64,000 nucleotides of DNA from Candidatus Bathyarchaeia archaeon (GCA_049512075.1 JBEKXL010000006.1:58439-122438); one strand, 5' to 3'; counted from the stretch's first letter, positions 20,821-31,261 are shown. The notes: generated by a model not told the origin, from the letters alone. Program-made: numbers and translations.

Positions 20821-20936
20821 TGTAAGGTCAGATGTAATGTGTACTGTTACAAACCATGAAGAAAAACAGGCTGAAAGGCTGTTCAGAGTTGACTCGCCCT
20901 TTTATTTGTAATGTCAGATGTAATTTTCAATGTAAT
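20821..20936. repeat. direct repeats TGTAA(G/T)GTCAGATGTAAT
   Basis: 18-bp copies at 20821-20838 and 20907-20924 (1 mismatch) plus an extra TGTAAT at 20931. Confidence 0.7.
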
Positions 20937-21146
20937 AGACAGGGACGGTAGTGTTGCCCGCGGTGCAAAGCCAGAACGGCGGGTTCAGGCAGGCTCAGTT
21001 CGCCGTTGCCGTCTACGTCGCGCGCGCTAGCAGTGGCATGATGACGGCAGGTATGTTAATATCGTGGCCTGTGTTTTCGCTGGCTTGGTTTCTGTCTTGA
21101 TGCCTGCTAGGAAATTGAGGTCGATTCGTCGGGCAGCTAGCATTGT

Positions 21147-23183
21147 TTACGTCTTTTTCAGGTAGCCTTCTCTGGGCTCGTAAATCGTTCCTTCGCGCAG
21201 CAGTTGTCCTATGAGACGATCTGACTCTCCTCTTGGAATCTTGTATTTCGTTTCAAGTTCGTTGAACAGTGCCGCTCTTTCGACCATTCCCGTTTCTTTC
21301 TCCATTTCCATCAGCGCCGAGAGAATTATTTGCAGCCGGTCTCTCATGCTTTTGGGTTTTCCTGTCATGATTATGTCTATGTCTATTTTGTACGAGGATA
21401 GGTCTATGCCGACTTCTTCGAGTGATCTTTTCATGATTGCCACTGCAGCTTCTGCATCTTCGGCTGTTACTTCTTTTCTGAGAGCCACGCGGGCTCTTGC
21501 TTCGGCTGTGCGTACAAGGGACTCCAGCTGCCGTGCCGTGATCGCTACGGGTGAACCTTCTGCTTCGCTGGCTGAACGCATCGCCAAGTAGAAATCGCCG
21601 AGACGTTTAAGAGCTTCTTGGCCTAGAACAGGCTTTACTCCCTTGGCGTAGCCGATGTATTTCCGCAGGAGTTCCACCGGTATCGGGGGTTCAACAGGGC
21701 TAGAACCTTTTCTGTGTATCTCGAGGATGTGTTCCGACATTTTGGTGTCTGATTCCTTGTTCGGCACGTCCCTCAACACAAAGATCAAGTCAAACCTTGA
21801 GAGTATTGTGACTGGCAGAGAGATGTTTTCAGCAACGGTGCGATGCGGTTCGTATCTTCCCAATGCGGGATTTGCAGCCGCAAGTATGGCCGCTCTGGCG
21901 TTGAGTGTTGCAACAATGCCGCCCTTTGCAACTGAAACAGTGTGCTGTTCCATGGCTTCATGAATTGCCACTCTGTCTTCTGGGCGCATCTTATCCATTT
22001 CGTCTATGCAGCAAATTCCCTTGTCAGCCAGCACTAAGGCTCCGGCTTCAAGGCTCATTCCGCCCCCCTTTTCTCGGATTACTGCAGCCGTCAGGCCCGC
22101 GGCTGTGGTGCCCCTTCCAGACGTGTATAGGCCGCGTGGTGCGATTCGCGCTACGTACTGCAATAATTGAGATTTTGCGGTTCCGGGGTCCCCGACTATA
22201 AGTGCGTTTAGCTCCCCCCTTATCGTGATGTCTGGGAGCGTCTTTGGCACACCTCCGAACAGGAGGTACATTATTGCCTCTTTGATGTGATCATAGCCAT
22301 AGATTGACGGGGCAATCGAGCTTACGATTTTGCGATGCACCCAAGGATCCTTTGCCAGTTCGAGGATTTTTTCTTCTTCCTCCGGTGATGGCTGTGCTGT
22401 TTCTGGTTCTTTGCCCATAACCTCGATCGAGTTGGCATCCAAGTGAAGAATGAAGGTTCGAAGCTTTCCAACACCTGGCAGTGTTGGCGCTAAAGCGTGT
22501 ACTTCTCCAACTGCGGAAACGTCGTCGCCAGGTCTTGCGATGTCAACGATTTCGCTTCCCACCAGTTTGATGCTCAGCGTTCTAGGCAGTTGTCCCGGTG
22601 GCAAGTCTTCTGGTCTTTCTTGAACTCGTAAATCTTGAGAGTCTATGAAGGTCGATTCCTCTTGGACGAATTCAAATGGGCCTTTTGATCCGCAATCTGG
22701 GCTGCTGCATGCGAAAGGTGCTTTCAGGTACTGGCCTGTCTGGTTCACGGGGTTCAATGTTCCACATCTTTTGCATTTGAATGCCGCTTGCATGACCATG
22801 GGGCGGACTGGTGATGAACGAACTACGATTCCTTCAACCATTACAAGTCTGCCAATCTGCCGTGAACCGAGTTTGCGCAGCACCTCCGCCTCTAACAGCC
22901 GTACAATCCGGGCATTCACAGTTGCAGCTTTTTCGGCGTATTCTGGATCTTCTATTTGCAGTTGCGCATAAGCGGCGTTGTTGGCGTGCTTTAGATATTC
23001 TTCAGGTTTTTCCAGAAGCTCCTCCGCAAGCCTTTGATCAAAGGCCAGAAGATCTTCAAAGTCAACCGTCAATGATGTCGTGCCTGCCAATGCCATCTGT
23101 GAGATCCTTTGACGGTATCGTTCGGTCTTTAGGAAATCCTGGAATCGTTCTTGTGGGTCTACTGCCTCCAGTTCTTCAGTCAT
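21147..23183 (-). CDS. mcm: MCM replicative helicase
   Basis: GDPGTAKS, IDEMDKM, SRFD and zinc finger; start set at MTEEL. Confidence 0.98.
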   Translation of the reverse strand: MTEELEAVDPQERFQDFLKTERYRQRISQMALAGTTSLTVDFEDLLAFDQRLAEELLEKPEEYLKHANNAAYAQLQIEDPEYAEKAATVNARIVRLLEAEVLRKLGSRQIGRLVMVEGIVVRSSPVRPMVMQAAFKCKRCGTLNPVNQTGQYLKAPFACSSPDCGSKGPFEFVQEESTFIDSQDLRVQERPEDLPPGQLPRTLSIKLVGSEIVDIARPGDDVSAVGEVHALAPTLPGVGKLRTFILHLDANSIEVMGKEPETAQPSPEEEEKILELAKDPWVHRKIVSSIAPSIYGYDHIKEAIMYLLFGGVPKTLPDITIRGELNALIVGDPGTAKSQLLQYVARIAPRGLYTSGRGTTAAGLTAAVIREKGGGMSLEAGALVLADKGICCIDEMDKMRPEDRVAIHEAMEQHTVSVAKGGIVATLNARAAILAAANPALGRYEPHRTVAENISLPVTILSRFDLIFVLRDVPNKESDTKMSEHILEIHRKGSSPVEPPIPVELLRKYIGYAKGVKPVLGQEALKRLGDFYLAMRSASEAEGSPVAITARQLESLVRTAEARARVALRKEVTAEDAEAAVAIMKRSLEEVGIDLSSYKIDIDIIMTGKPKSMRDRLQIILSALMEMEKETGMVERAALFNELETKYKIPRGESDRLIGQLLREGTIYEPREGYLKKT

Positions 23184-23782
23184 CTGCGTCCCTCTTGCTG
23201 TTCGATTATTTGGGTCTTCCACTGACAGATAAGCTTGAACAGCTTCTCATAGAGAAACTTTTCCTCGTCTGCAAGATTTCTCAACGCATTTTCTGTTTGA
23301 GCGGGGGCAGAGGCGATTGAGATGATTTTCTTCAGTCTTGAATTTATGATATCCTGAGCCAATTGTCTGACTCTTTCGTATTCGCGCACTTTTTCAGGAT
23401 CTCGCACAATTTCTTGTTTCAATTTCGTAAGGTATCTTCGAACCTTCGGGTAGAAATTCTCAGGCAGTCTAGATATTTGGCCAGGGCTTTGTATGCGCTC
23501 AGTCCATTGAATCTTGTTAAGCTTGGCAGCATCAACTTGCTCTTCTTCATGAATATGGGCGATTCCGGACTTTTCAAGCTCTAAAGCTGCCCAATAATAA
23601 ACTTCATATTCGTTTCCTTCCTCAAGAGGGCCCACGCATAGGCCTCCGAGTTTGATTTCAGGGCAAGCTCTGTTTGCAATTATCCTAACTGACGAGTTCT
23701 CAAAGCAGAAATCTTGAAATTCGATCTTTGACGCGACAGTCCGTGGCAAATTCTTCTCCTTCCCAACCCTCGATACCAACAC
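23180..23782 (-). CDS. GINS subunit Gins23
   Basis: LPENFY, RLKKII and NLADEEKFLY; directly upstream of mcm. Confidence 0.8.
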   Translation of the reverse strand: MLVSRVGKEKNLPRTVASKIEFQDFCFENSSVRIIANRACPEIKLGGLCVGPLEEGNEYEVYYWAALELEKSGIAHIHEEEQVDAAKLNKIQWTERIQSPGQISRLPENFYPKVRRYLTKLKQEIVRDPEKVREYERVRQLAQDIINSRLKKIISIASAPAQTENALRNLADEEKFLYEKLFKLICQWKTQIIEQQEGRR

Positions 23783-23907
23783 TCAGTGCAGGACAAGATG
23801 TGAAGACTGCTGCTTAAAAGTTTAGATTAGAGACTCTGACACGATCAAGATCCTGGGATTCCTTTCTTGGAATAGAAAATGGAAGAGAATCTTTTATCCT
23901 CATGTTG

Positions 23908-25158
23908 TCATGGCCATAGGCCCAGAGTCTTTATTGCTTCGGCAACTCTTCCCACACCGAGCATCAGAGCGGCAGTGCGCAAATCGCTTTCTTCTTTCTT
24001 GGCTGTTCTGTGGACATCGTTGAATGCTTTGACCATCTTGTTCTCCAGTTTCCTGTTCACATCTTCCAGCGACCAGTGCTCGCGTGTCAGATTTTGAACC
24101 CACTCAAAATAGCTTGTTGCGACTCCTCCCGAGTTTGCCAGTATGTCTGGAATCAGGACTGTTCCTTTTTCGTGAAGCGCCCTGTCGGCTTCGGGCGTCG
24201 TTGGCCCGTTTGCTCCCTCAGCTACTATCTTTGCCTCTATTTTGTCCACGTTTGTTCTAGTTATCTGGTTTTCCAATGCTGCGGGTATGAGGATATCACA
24301 TTTTGTCTCAAGTATCTCTTTGTTCGTGACGTTTTCGGTTCCTTTGAAGTCAAGGACAGAGCCAGTTTTAGACTTGTGCTCAAAGACTTCGTAGGGGTTC
24401 AAACCTTTGGAGGTGCAGATTCCTCCCGTTGAATCGCTCACTGCCAAGATCTTGCAGCCCAAGTCGTATGCTATTTTGGCAGCGTTCCAGCCCACGTTAC
24501 CGAAGCCTTGAACGGCGGCTGTTGCTCCTTTTAGCTTCAGTCCCATTTGTTTCGCAGCCTCTCTTGCGCAAACGACGACGCCCAGTGAGGTTGCTTCCGA
24601 TCTTCCTTCTGAGCCGCCTATGCTGAGGGGTTTTCCGGTAACGCACTCTGGGACGCTGTAGCCTCTTATCTGGCTGTAAGTGTCCATTATCCACGCCATG
24701 GTTTGCGAGTCTGTGTAGACGTCAGGAGCCGGCACATCGCGGTATGGACCGATGAAATCGTAGAGCAAGCTTGTGAAGCGTCTTGTCATTCTTTCCAGCT
24801 CGCCCTTTGACATTTTCTTCGGGTTGCAGCAGACTCCCCCTTTCGCTCCTCCATAGGGGATGTCTACGACGGCGCACTTCCATGTCATCCACATTGACAG
24901 CGCCGTCACCTCTTCCAAAGTGACATTCGGGTGGTATCTTATGCCGCCTTTGAATGGTCCTCTTGCATCCCAATGTTGCACGCGGCAACCACTGAAGACA
25001 CGTATGTTCCCATCGTCCATTTTCACGGAAATGGAAACGATAAGTGACCGTTTTGGATTTGCTAACATTGCGCGTAATCCTGAGTCAAGTTTCAGTTTGT
25101 CCGCCGCTATTTTCAGCTGCTCTAGGGCGACAGCCAGTGCTGTTTGTGTTACTGCCAT
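23908..25158 (-). CDS. gdhA: glutamate dehydrogenase
   Basis: GPFKGGIRYHP, GGAKGG, DVPAPD, QGFGNVG and EGANGPTT. Confidence 0.97.
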   Translation of the reverse strand: MAVTQTALAVALEQLKIAADKLKLDSGLRAMLANPKRSLIVSISVKMDDGNIRVFSGCRVQHWDARGPFKGGIRYHPNVTLEEVTALSMWMTWKCAVVDIPYGGAKGGVCCNPKKMSKGELERMTRRFTSLLYDFIGPYRDVPAPDVYTDSQTMAWIMDTYSQIRGYSVPECVTGKPLSIGGSEGRSEATSLGVVVCAREAAKQMGLKLKGATAAVQGFGNVGWNAAKIAYDLGCKILAVSDSTGGICTSKGLNPYEVFEHKSKTGSVLDFKGTENVTNKEILETKCDILIPAALENQITRTNVDKIEAKIVAEGANGPTTPEADRALHEKGTVLIPDILANSGGVATSYFEWVQNLTREHWSLEDVNRKLENKMVKAFNDVHRTAKKEESDLRTAALMLGVGRVAEAIKTLGLWP

Positions 25159-25196
25159 GGATAATTCCTCCAGTTTCTATGGCTAGAGGACTTAAC

Positions 25197-25211
25197 GCAT
25201 TTAAACGTTGC
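25197..25211 (-). promoter_or_regulatory. shared promoter motif GCAACGTTTAAATGC upstream of gdhA
   Basis: Exact 15-bp match to 26906-26920; contains TTTAAA TATA-like box. Confidence 0.65.
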
Positions 25212-25240
25212 TTAGAAAACTAAAAAAAAAGAGAGGTGTG

Positions 25241-26848
25241 TTATTCGAGGATTCTCTCGATTGCGTCTTTTTCTACGTCGTCGGCCATTGGTATGCCTGT
25301 GACTTTGGTGGCTCTTTCGGATAGGCTCATCAAGTCGTTTCTGTTAGCGAGTTCCAGTTTCCATTTTCTGTTGCCGGCCAAGAGTTGTTTCAGTCCTACG
25401 CCTACTCGGTCGTTTAGATATGTATACATCCCTATGGCTTCCCAGGGTATTTCTTTGAAGCGTGTGCCGTATTTTGCCTTCAGTTCGGGAGTGGCGATGA
25501 AGAACTTTTCGGGTGTGGCGCCGAACTTGTCAGAGAAGGCTTTTGGCAGTTTGCCTTCGTCAGACAGTTGCTTGAAGTAGCTGGACTTCATGACGGCAGT
25601 TATTGGTGAACGTCCAAGCAGAACAGCTTTTATGAAGGGGCCGTTTCCGAAGTTGCTCATTGCTAAAGCCTTGAACATCGATGTTTCTTCTATGAATCCA
25701 CCGGCCATTATCAGGTCCGGAACGTAGCGTCCTTTCTTTTTCAGTATCTGTGCGCATCTGAGGACTATGGATTCGAGATAGACAGTTGGGATGCTCATTT
25801 CGTCCATCATTGGTACCGGGCTCATGCCTGTTCCGCCCGCGGCGCCGTCGAAGGAAACATAATCGATTTTGGCTTCCGAGGCCATTTTCATTGTCCAAGC
25901 GACGGCTGATGGTCTGTATGCTCCTGTTTTTAGTGTTACGTGTTTTGCTCCTTGCTTTCTCAGCCATTCTATGTCTTCTATGAAGCTCTTCTCTTTGGGT
26001 ATGCCCACCCTACTGTGTCTCTCGAAGGATCTGAACACGCCTTCCTTGAATGCCTTTTGAACATTGGGATCTTCAGGGTCTGGGATGACTACGTAGCCTC
26101 TCTTTTTCAGCAGAATGGCTTTTTCCAGGTCTCTTACGCGCACTTCGCCTCCGATGGCCTTTGCGCCTTGTCCCCATTTTCTTTCGATGACGTTGACTTC
26201 GAGTTTGGAAATGGCGTAGACATCGACGCCCAGCTTCTGGTCTTCAACGTTCGTCTGTATGACTATATCTCCGTTCTTTCCGTCCCAGAACTTTCGGAAC
26301 AAGTCTACTCTTCGCTTCAGTTCTTTCGACTGTGTAATCTTGCCGCCAGTGATCTGTGCTTCTGCGTCCATGCCGCCAACGTTTTCCCCTACTATCACAG
26401 ATGTGCCTGCGAGAGCTGCACCTATGGCTAGGCCTTCCCAGTTCAGTCTTGCAACGTCCGTTGAGCCGAACGCGCCGTTTAGAATCGGAAGTTTTAGCGG
26501 TATGCCTCCGACTTTAGTTTCTATTTTGACGTTTGGAAATATCATAACGTCGGAGATGGGTTCAGTGCCTTCTGCTTCGAAAAGACCTGCTTGTATGTTG
26601 AAGTGCGACCAGTCTAATCCGAAGTCTTTCAGAGCGCCTGCGGTGCTGGTGCCGAACTGAGCTGGTTCAGGGTAAAGTGCCTCTCTTCCTCTGAAAGCTG
26701 ATAGGCTTATCTCGCACAGGAATGGGCAGTCACGGATGCATATGGGGCACATTCCGCTTGTCGGGCTTGTATCCTTGACACGTGTTTGGCTTCCGGTCGT
26801 TGATTTGCCGTTCAGGTAAGCGCTGTTTTTATGTGTACGTTCTGACAT
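25241..26848 (-). CDS. FMN-binding glutamate synthase family protein
   Basis: KWGQGAKAIGGE, DGAAGGTGMSP and N-terminal CxxCxxxC. Confidence 0.88.
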   Translation of the reverse strand: MSERTHKNSAYLNGKSTTGSQTRVKDTSPTSGMCPICIRDCPFLCEISLSAFRGREALYPEPAQFGTSTAGALKDFGLDWSHFNIQAGLFEAEGTEPISDVMIFPNVKIETKVGGIPLKLPILNGAFGSTDVARLNWEGLAIGAALAGTSVIVGENVGGMDAEAQITGGKITQSKELKRRVDLFRKFWDGKNGDIVIQTNVEDQKLGVDVYAISKLEVNVIERKWGQGAKAIGGEVRVRDLEKAILLKKRGYVVIPDPEDPNVQKAFKEGVFRSFERHSRVGIPKEKSFIEDIEWLRKQGAKHVTLKTGAYRPSAVAWTMKMASEAKIDYVSFDGAAGGTGMSPVPMMDEMSIPTVYLESIVLRCAQILKKKGRYVPDLIMAGGFIEETSMFKALAMSNFGNGPFIKAVLLGRSPITAVMKSSYFKQLSDEGKLPKAFSDKFGATPEKFFIATPELKAKYGTRFKEIPWEAIGMYTYLNDRVGVGLKQLLAGNRKWKLELANRNDLMSLSERATKVTGIPMADDVEKDAIERILE

Positions 26849-26905
26849 TTTTCTCTCTCCTTTACATTTGTAAACTTTTTGGAACTAGGATGTTTGACTC
26901 AATCA

Positions 26906-26920
26906 GCATTTAAACGTTGC
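26906..26920 (-). promoter_or_regulatory. shared promoter motif upstream of glutamate synthase-like gene
   Basis: Exact 15-bp match to 25197-25211. Confidence 0.65.
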
Positions 26921-27199
26921 CTTAGAAGGGCGTAGAAATGAACATTTATGAACATGGACCCACGGTGAGTGTATGTGTGAAACTCTGAACGTCTATCCCC
27001 CAGCTAAGCATCTGTCGTGCTTGAAAGTCTGCGATTCTCACGGTCTAACCTGATTCAAGTGCTGCTCTTCTAAGCAAGCAATCGACCGCTGTGTGGATTG
27101 CTCAGCGGATGGTCGGGGTCCGGAGGCACATTTTCTTCGATGCAAGTATAACTTTTATTAGTGCATGGAAATAACGTATAGACAGGAGGCTTATGTGGG

Positions 27200-28171
27200 T
27201 TGAGTTTCGAGATGTGGGCTGAAAAGTACAGGCCGAAGAAGCTGAGCGACATCGTTGACCAGAAAGACATTGTTGAGCGGTTGAAGAGTTTCACGAAATC
27301 GAGAAACGTGCCGCACTGCATTTTTGCGGGGCCGCCGGGCACTGGGAAGACCACTGCGGCTCTTTGTTTGGCAAGAGACCTTTACGGCGATGCTTATAGA
27401 GAGCACATGATGGAGTTGAATGCGAGCGACGAGAGAGGAATTGACGTCGTTAGGGAGACCGTGAAGACTTTTGCGAGGGTGAAATCGATTGGTGAAATTC
27501 CGTTTAAAATAATGATTCTGGATGAGGCGGACAACATGACCTCTGATGCTCAGCAGGCTCTTAGGCGGACGATGGAGCGTTACACGGAGACTTGCCGTTT
27601 CATTATGTGCGCTAACTATAGTGGGAGAATAATTGAGCCTATTCAATCTAGGTGTGCTCCTTTCCGTTTTACCTACTTGCCGAGAGAAGCTCACGATTCT
27701 TACTTGATAGAGATGGCTGAAAAAGAAAAGGTGAAGCTGTCAAGTGAGGGTTTGGACGCTATTTTTGAGATTTGTGGTGGAGACCTGAGACGGGCCATTA
27801 ACACTCTGCAATCCGCGGCTTCGTTGGGCAAACCTGTCGATGCAAAGGTAATCTATTCGATCACCGGAAAAGCTAGCCCTGCAGACGTGCAAAAGATGAT
27901 TAAAGTGGCTATGGGGGGTGACTTCATGGAAGCAAGAAAACAGTTGCGTGACATGATCCAGAAGTACGGTGTGGCTGGGAGCGACGTGATACGTCAGATT
28001 CACACAGAACTCTTCAAAGCTGAGCTTCCTGAGCAGTGGAAGATAAAACTGGCTGACATTGTGGGCGAGGCGGATTTCAGGCTTGTTGAAGGAGCTGATG
28101 AAGAGATTCAGTTAAGCGCGTTGCTGGCTAGGCTCGTTGAAGCTGGCTGCGATTTGAGAAGCGCAAGATAG
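27200..28171 (+). CDS. rfcS: replication factor C small subunit
   Basis: WAEKYRP, GPPGTGKT, ELNASDERG, DEAD and SRC. Confidence 0.97.
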   Translation: MSFEMWAEKYRPKKLSDIVDQKDIVERLKSFTKSRNVPHCIFAGPPGTGKTTAALCLARDLYGDAYREHMMELNASDERGIDVVRETVKTFARVKSIGEIPFKIMILDEADNMTSDAQQALRRTMERYTETCRFIMCANYSGRIIEPIQSRCAPFRFTYLPREAHDSYLIEMAEKEKVKLSSEGLDAIFEICGGDLRRAINTLQSAASLGKPVDAKVIYSITGKASPADVQKMIKVAMGGDFMEARKQLRDMIQKYGVAGSDVIRQIHTELFKAELPEQWKIKLADIVGEADFRLVEGADEEIQLSALLARLVEAGCDLRSAR

Positions 28172-28181
28172 GTGCAGATTC

Positions 28182-29441
28182 TTGCACTTTGCTTGGACCG
28201 TTAAGCACACACCGAAGTCACTTGCTGACATCGTTGGGAACGCTGAGGCAATTGAAAAGCTCAGTGAATGGACAAAATCTTGGGAAAAAGGAATTCCCAA
28301 GAAGAGGGCCGCCTTTCTCTATGGGCCGCCGGGCGTTGGGAAAACGGTTACTGCGGAAGCTCTGGCTCATGATTATGGCATGGAGTTCGTAGAGAATAAC
28401 GCGAGCGACTATCGAACTGAGGAGGCGATAAATCGGTTTGCAGGGCTGGCCTCGCAATACGGTTCGCTGTTCGGTGGAAAAAGGATAATTCTTCTTGATG
28501 AATTGGACGGGTTAACCGGGACTTCAGACAGAGGCGGGGTGAAGGCAATCACTGAGGTGGTCAAAGCTGCACAGTGCCCAATAGTCTTGATTGCTAACAG
28601 CGCATATGACCCTCGCTTCTCCAACCTCCGCAGCTACTGCCTCTTGATAGAGTTTAAGAAACCGCCTGCAGGCGAAGTTGCGAAGCGTTTGAAGTTGATA
28701 AGTGAAGACGAGGGGATTCAAGCAGACGAGGCTTCGTTGAAGTTTATTGCCCAACGCTCAGGAGGGGATGTGCGTTCTGCAGTGAACGATCTTCAGGCGC
28801 TGGGCCAGGGTAAGAAAACGTTGACGTACGAGGACGTGTCTTGGCAGGGTTACCGAGATAGGCAAGACAGCATCTTCAACGTTCTAAGAATGATACTCTA
28901 CGGAAAGACCTGCGCCAGCGCAAAGCAGGCTGCCAACATGGTGGACGTTGACACTGACATGCTTTTCGAGTGGATCTACGAGAATGTTCCAGCGCACTTG
29001 ACGGACCCGCATGATCTGGCCGACGCGATGGATGCACTGTCTGTTGCAGATGTTTATCGCGGCAGAATCCGCGCGACGCAGGAGTGGGGTTTTTTGCGTT
29101 ACGTGATAGACTACATGACGGCTGGTGTAGCCCTAGCTAGAAAGAACACCAGAACCTCAGGGTGGATCCAGTTCAAGTTCCCTGAACGAATACAGATGTT
29201 GTCTAGGTCCAGAGCCGAACGTGCCATGAAATTAAGCATAGGCGCCAAGATCAAGAAGAAGAACCACATTTCAGCTAGAAGAGCCTCGAGGGAAGTCATT
29301 CCGTACCTGAAGATAATGTTCGACAATAATGCTGAGATGGCAGCTGGACTGGCAAAGTGGCTGGACTTGAACCAGGAAATGGTTGAGTATCTCGTCGAGA
29401 GCGAGGAAAAAGCTGAAGCGATCATCAAACTTATGGGTTAA
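28182..29441 (+). CDS. rfcL: replication factor C large subunit
   Basis: GPPGVGKT, NASD, DELD and GDVRSAVNDLQ. Confidence 0.95.
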   Translation: MHFAWTVKHTPKSLADIVGNAEAIEKLSEWTKSWEKGIPKKRAAFLYGPPGVGKTVTAEALAHDYGMEFVENNASDYRTEEAINRFAGLASQYGSLFGGKRIILLDELDGLTGTSDRGGVKAITEVVKAAQCPIVLIANSAYDPRFSNLRSYCLLIEFKKPPAGEVAKRLKLISEDEGIQADEASLKFIAQRSGGDVRSAVNDLQALGQGKKTLTYEDVSWQGYRDRQDSIFNVLRMILYGKTCASAKQAANMVDVDTDMLFEWIYENVPAHLTDPHDLADAMDALSVADVYRGRIRATQEWGFLRYVIDYMTAGVALARKNTRTSGWIQFKFPERIQMLSRSRAERAMKLSIGAKIKKKNHISARRASREVIPYLKIMFDNNAEMAAGLAKWLDLNQEMVEYLVESEEKAEAIIKLMG

Positions 29442-29455
29442 CGACTGGTTGCCTG

Positions 29456-29782
29456 CTAGTGTATTCTGCTTCCCGGTGCGATGTCCTTTTCTGGCTGCAA
29501 GACCACGACGTTGCCCTTTTCGTCCTCGGCGGCGAAGATCATGCACTGGGATTCGACGCCCATCATTTTGCGTCTCTGAAGGTTGAGAATGAAGACGCAT
29601 TTTTTGCCCACGAGATCCTCGGGTTTGTACCACTGCAAGAGTCCGGCAACGGCTTGTCTCTTTTCAGTTCCAAAATCAACTATCATTCTTATGAGGTTTC
29701 GTGACCCTGGGATTTGGTTAGCTTCCACTATTTTTCCAACACGAAGATCGAGTTTTTGAAATTCATCAAAGGAGATTTCCAA
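29456..29782 (-). CDS. tRNA-binding OB-fold protein (Trbp111/CsaA/MetRS C-terminal-like)
   Basis: FQKLDLRVGKI and NL..RKMMGVESQCMI. Confidence 0.9.
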   Translation of the reverse strand: MEISFDEFQKLDLRVGKIVEANQIPGSRNLIRMIVDFGTEKRQAVAGLLQWYKPEDLVGKKCVFILNLQRRKMMGVESQCMIFAAEDEKGNVVVLQPEKDIAPGSRIH

Positions 29783-29823
29783 TCTTAAGTCACTGTTTCT
29801 CAGTTTTCACGCGGGCTGAGCTA

Positions 29824-30546
29824 TTAAGTTTTGTGCGTTTTTCTTCTGCGACTTATTTTTTCGATGGTTTTTGCAACGCCTTCCCAGTCTTCGACGGACT
29901 TCGAACGGACTATTTCGAATGCTTCCTTCGAGTTCATCCTGGAAAGTTCTTGACCGACAGCTCTTCTTGAAAGGTATGCTGCTGCGTTCAAGATTTCGCT
30001 GTTCAAACGTGAATCTGTCGAGTCTGCCAGGTGGCAGATCAGGGCCTCAATGGTCTTCGGTCTTATCGGGCTCGCCTCGCCGTGGTGCGCTGACACTATG
30101 TGAACCAGTTCTAGCGGAAAGTCCCTGCGAACGAGTTCCGAAGTTGCGAGTGATAGGTGGTCCAAGTAGTCGGCTAAGCGTGCTGAGCTGTAGCTTCCGT
30201 TCTTGTTGATAGTGTATGTTGCTGGTTTGAATATGTCGTGCAACAGTACGCCGGATATGACAAGGTCGCGGTTTACACTGCCGTGGTATGTCTTCTCCAC
30301 GGAGTCGCACATTGCCAGTGCGAGGTTTGTTGTTGAAGCGACGTGTTCAATGTATCCGCCCGAGTAGCTGTGGTGACGTGATATACCGGCGGGCGATGTT
30401 TCAAGAGGCAAGCCTGAGTATGTTTTGCCGTTGATTTCGATAGTGGGGTTTTTCAACAGTTCAATGACCTTCTGGCGAAGGGGTTCGTTGCGAATCTTTT
30501 TTGCTATCGCACTGAGTTTTGGGTCTAGCAATTCATTCACTATCAC
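29824..30546 (-). CDS. HD-domain phosphohydrolase (YhaM-like)
   Basis: HHSYSGGYIEH, LLHD, HHG and HLAD. Confidence 0.88.
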   Translation of the reverse strand: MIVNELLDPKLSAIAKKIRNEPLRQKVIELLKNPTIEINGKTYSGLPLETSPAGISRHHSYSGGYIEHVASTTNLALAMCDSVEKTYHGSVNRDLVISGVLLHDIFKPATYTINKNGSYSSARLADYLDHLSLATSELVRRDFPLELVHIVSAHHGEASPIRPKTIEALICHLADSTDSRLNSEILNAAAYLSRRAVGQELSRMNSKEAFEIVRSKSVEDWEGVAKTIEKISRRRKTHKT

Positions 30547-31261
30547 GGTTCTTATTTGTTGAGAGGATATTGATTTTTCGTTTCTCGCCTGTTGCTATGC
30601 TGTGGGCCATGAGAACAGGTTCTGGCATTCGGTTAGTTGTGGCACAGTGCTTGACTATTTTGATGGCGGTTTCTAGCGAAATCATGTGTCCAACGCTGAC
30701 ATAGACGGGTTTGCATCCGCTCTTGGTGGTGACAGCCGCGCCGATGGTCCTTTGGTCATACTCGATGAGGTTCGCATCGGCTTTGGATTTGGCAGTTTTG
30801 ACTTCGCCGATCAATTTGCTTTTTGCAACACCGATTACCGGTTTTCTCAGAATGAGTCCCAGATGGCTTGCAAATCCGCAGTGATAAGGGTGCGCAAATC
30901 CGTGGGCGTCGACTAGGAATAGGTCCGGTTGGGTGTGCAGTTTTCGAGTGCACAGGACCGCGGGTTCTGTTTCTCTGAAGGAAAGTAGGGTTGGAATGTA
31001 GGGAAAACGAGTCTTGCAGAAGGCTGTTTGCTTTTCCACGAGCTTGAAGGAGTCATAGTCAAGAACTGCTACGGCTCCTATAGACACGTCATCAGTATAC
31101 GCGATGTCTACACCCGCCACTAAGCAGATTCTCTTGGGTAATCTGTCCTCGAAAGTAATCTTCTCTGACATGCGTAGCTGAGCTTCATGGGCTTTCTTGA
31201 CAGAAAAGCGATGTTTGAAGTTATTCTCACCAGTGCTTCTTCGGCGCTGCATTGAGTTCAT
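30533..31261 (-). CDS. nfi: endonuclease V
   Basis: AGVD, FPYIPTLLSFRE, VDAHGFAHP, GVAKS and VSVGH. Confidence 0.95.
   Translation of the reverse strand: MNSMQRRRSTGENNFKHRFSVKKAHEAQLRMSEKITFEDRLPKRICLVAGVDIAYTDDVSIGAVAVLDYDSFKLVEKQTAFCKTRFPYIPTLLSFRETEPAVLCTRKLHTQPDLFLVDAHGFAHPYHCGFASHLGLILRKPVIGVAKSKLIGEVKTAKSKADANLIEYDQRTIGAAVTTKSGCKPVYVSVGHMISLETAIKIVKHCATTNRMPEPVLMAHSIATGEKRKINILSTNKNRDSE

Noticed and set aside
20800-21146. Replication origin next to mcm
   Set aside because: No ORB-like boxes with G-strings and no cdc6/orc1 gene in the window.
21147-29441. Inteins in MCM or RFC
   Set aside because: Protein lengths are normal and the motifs are contiguous.
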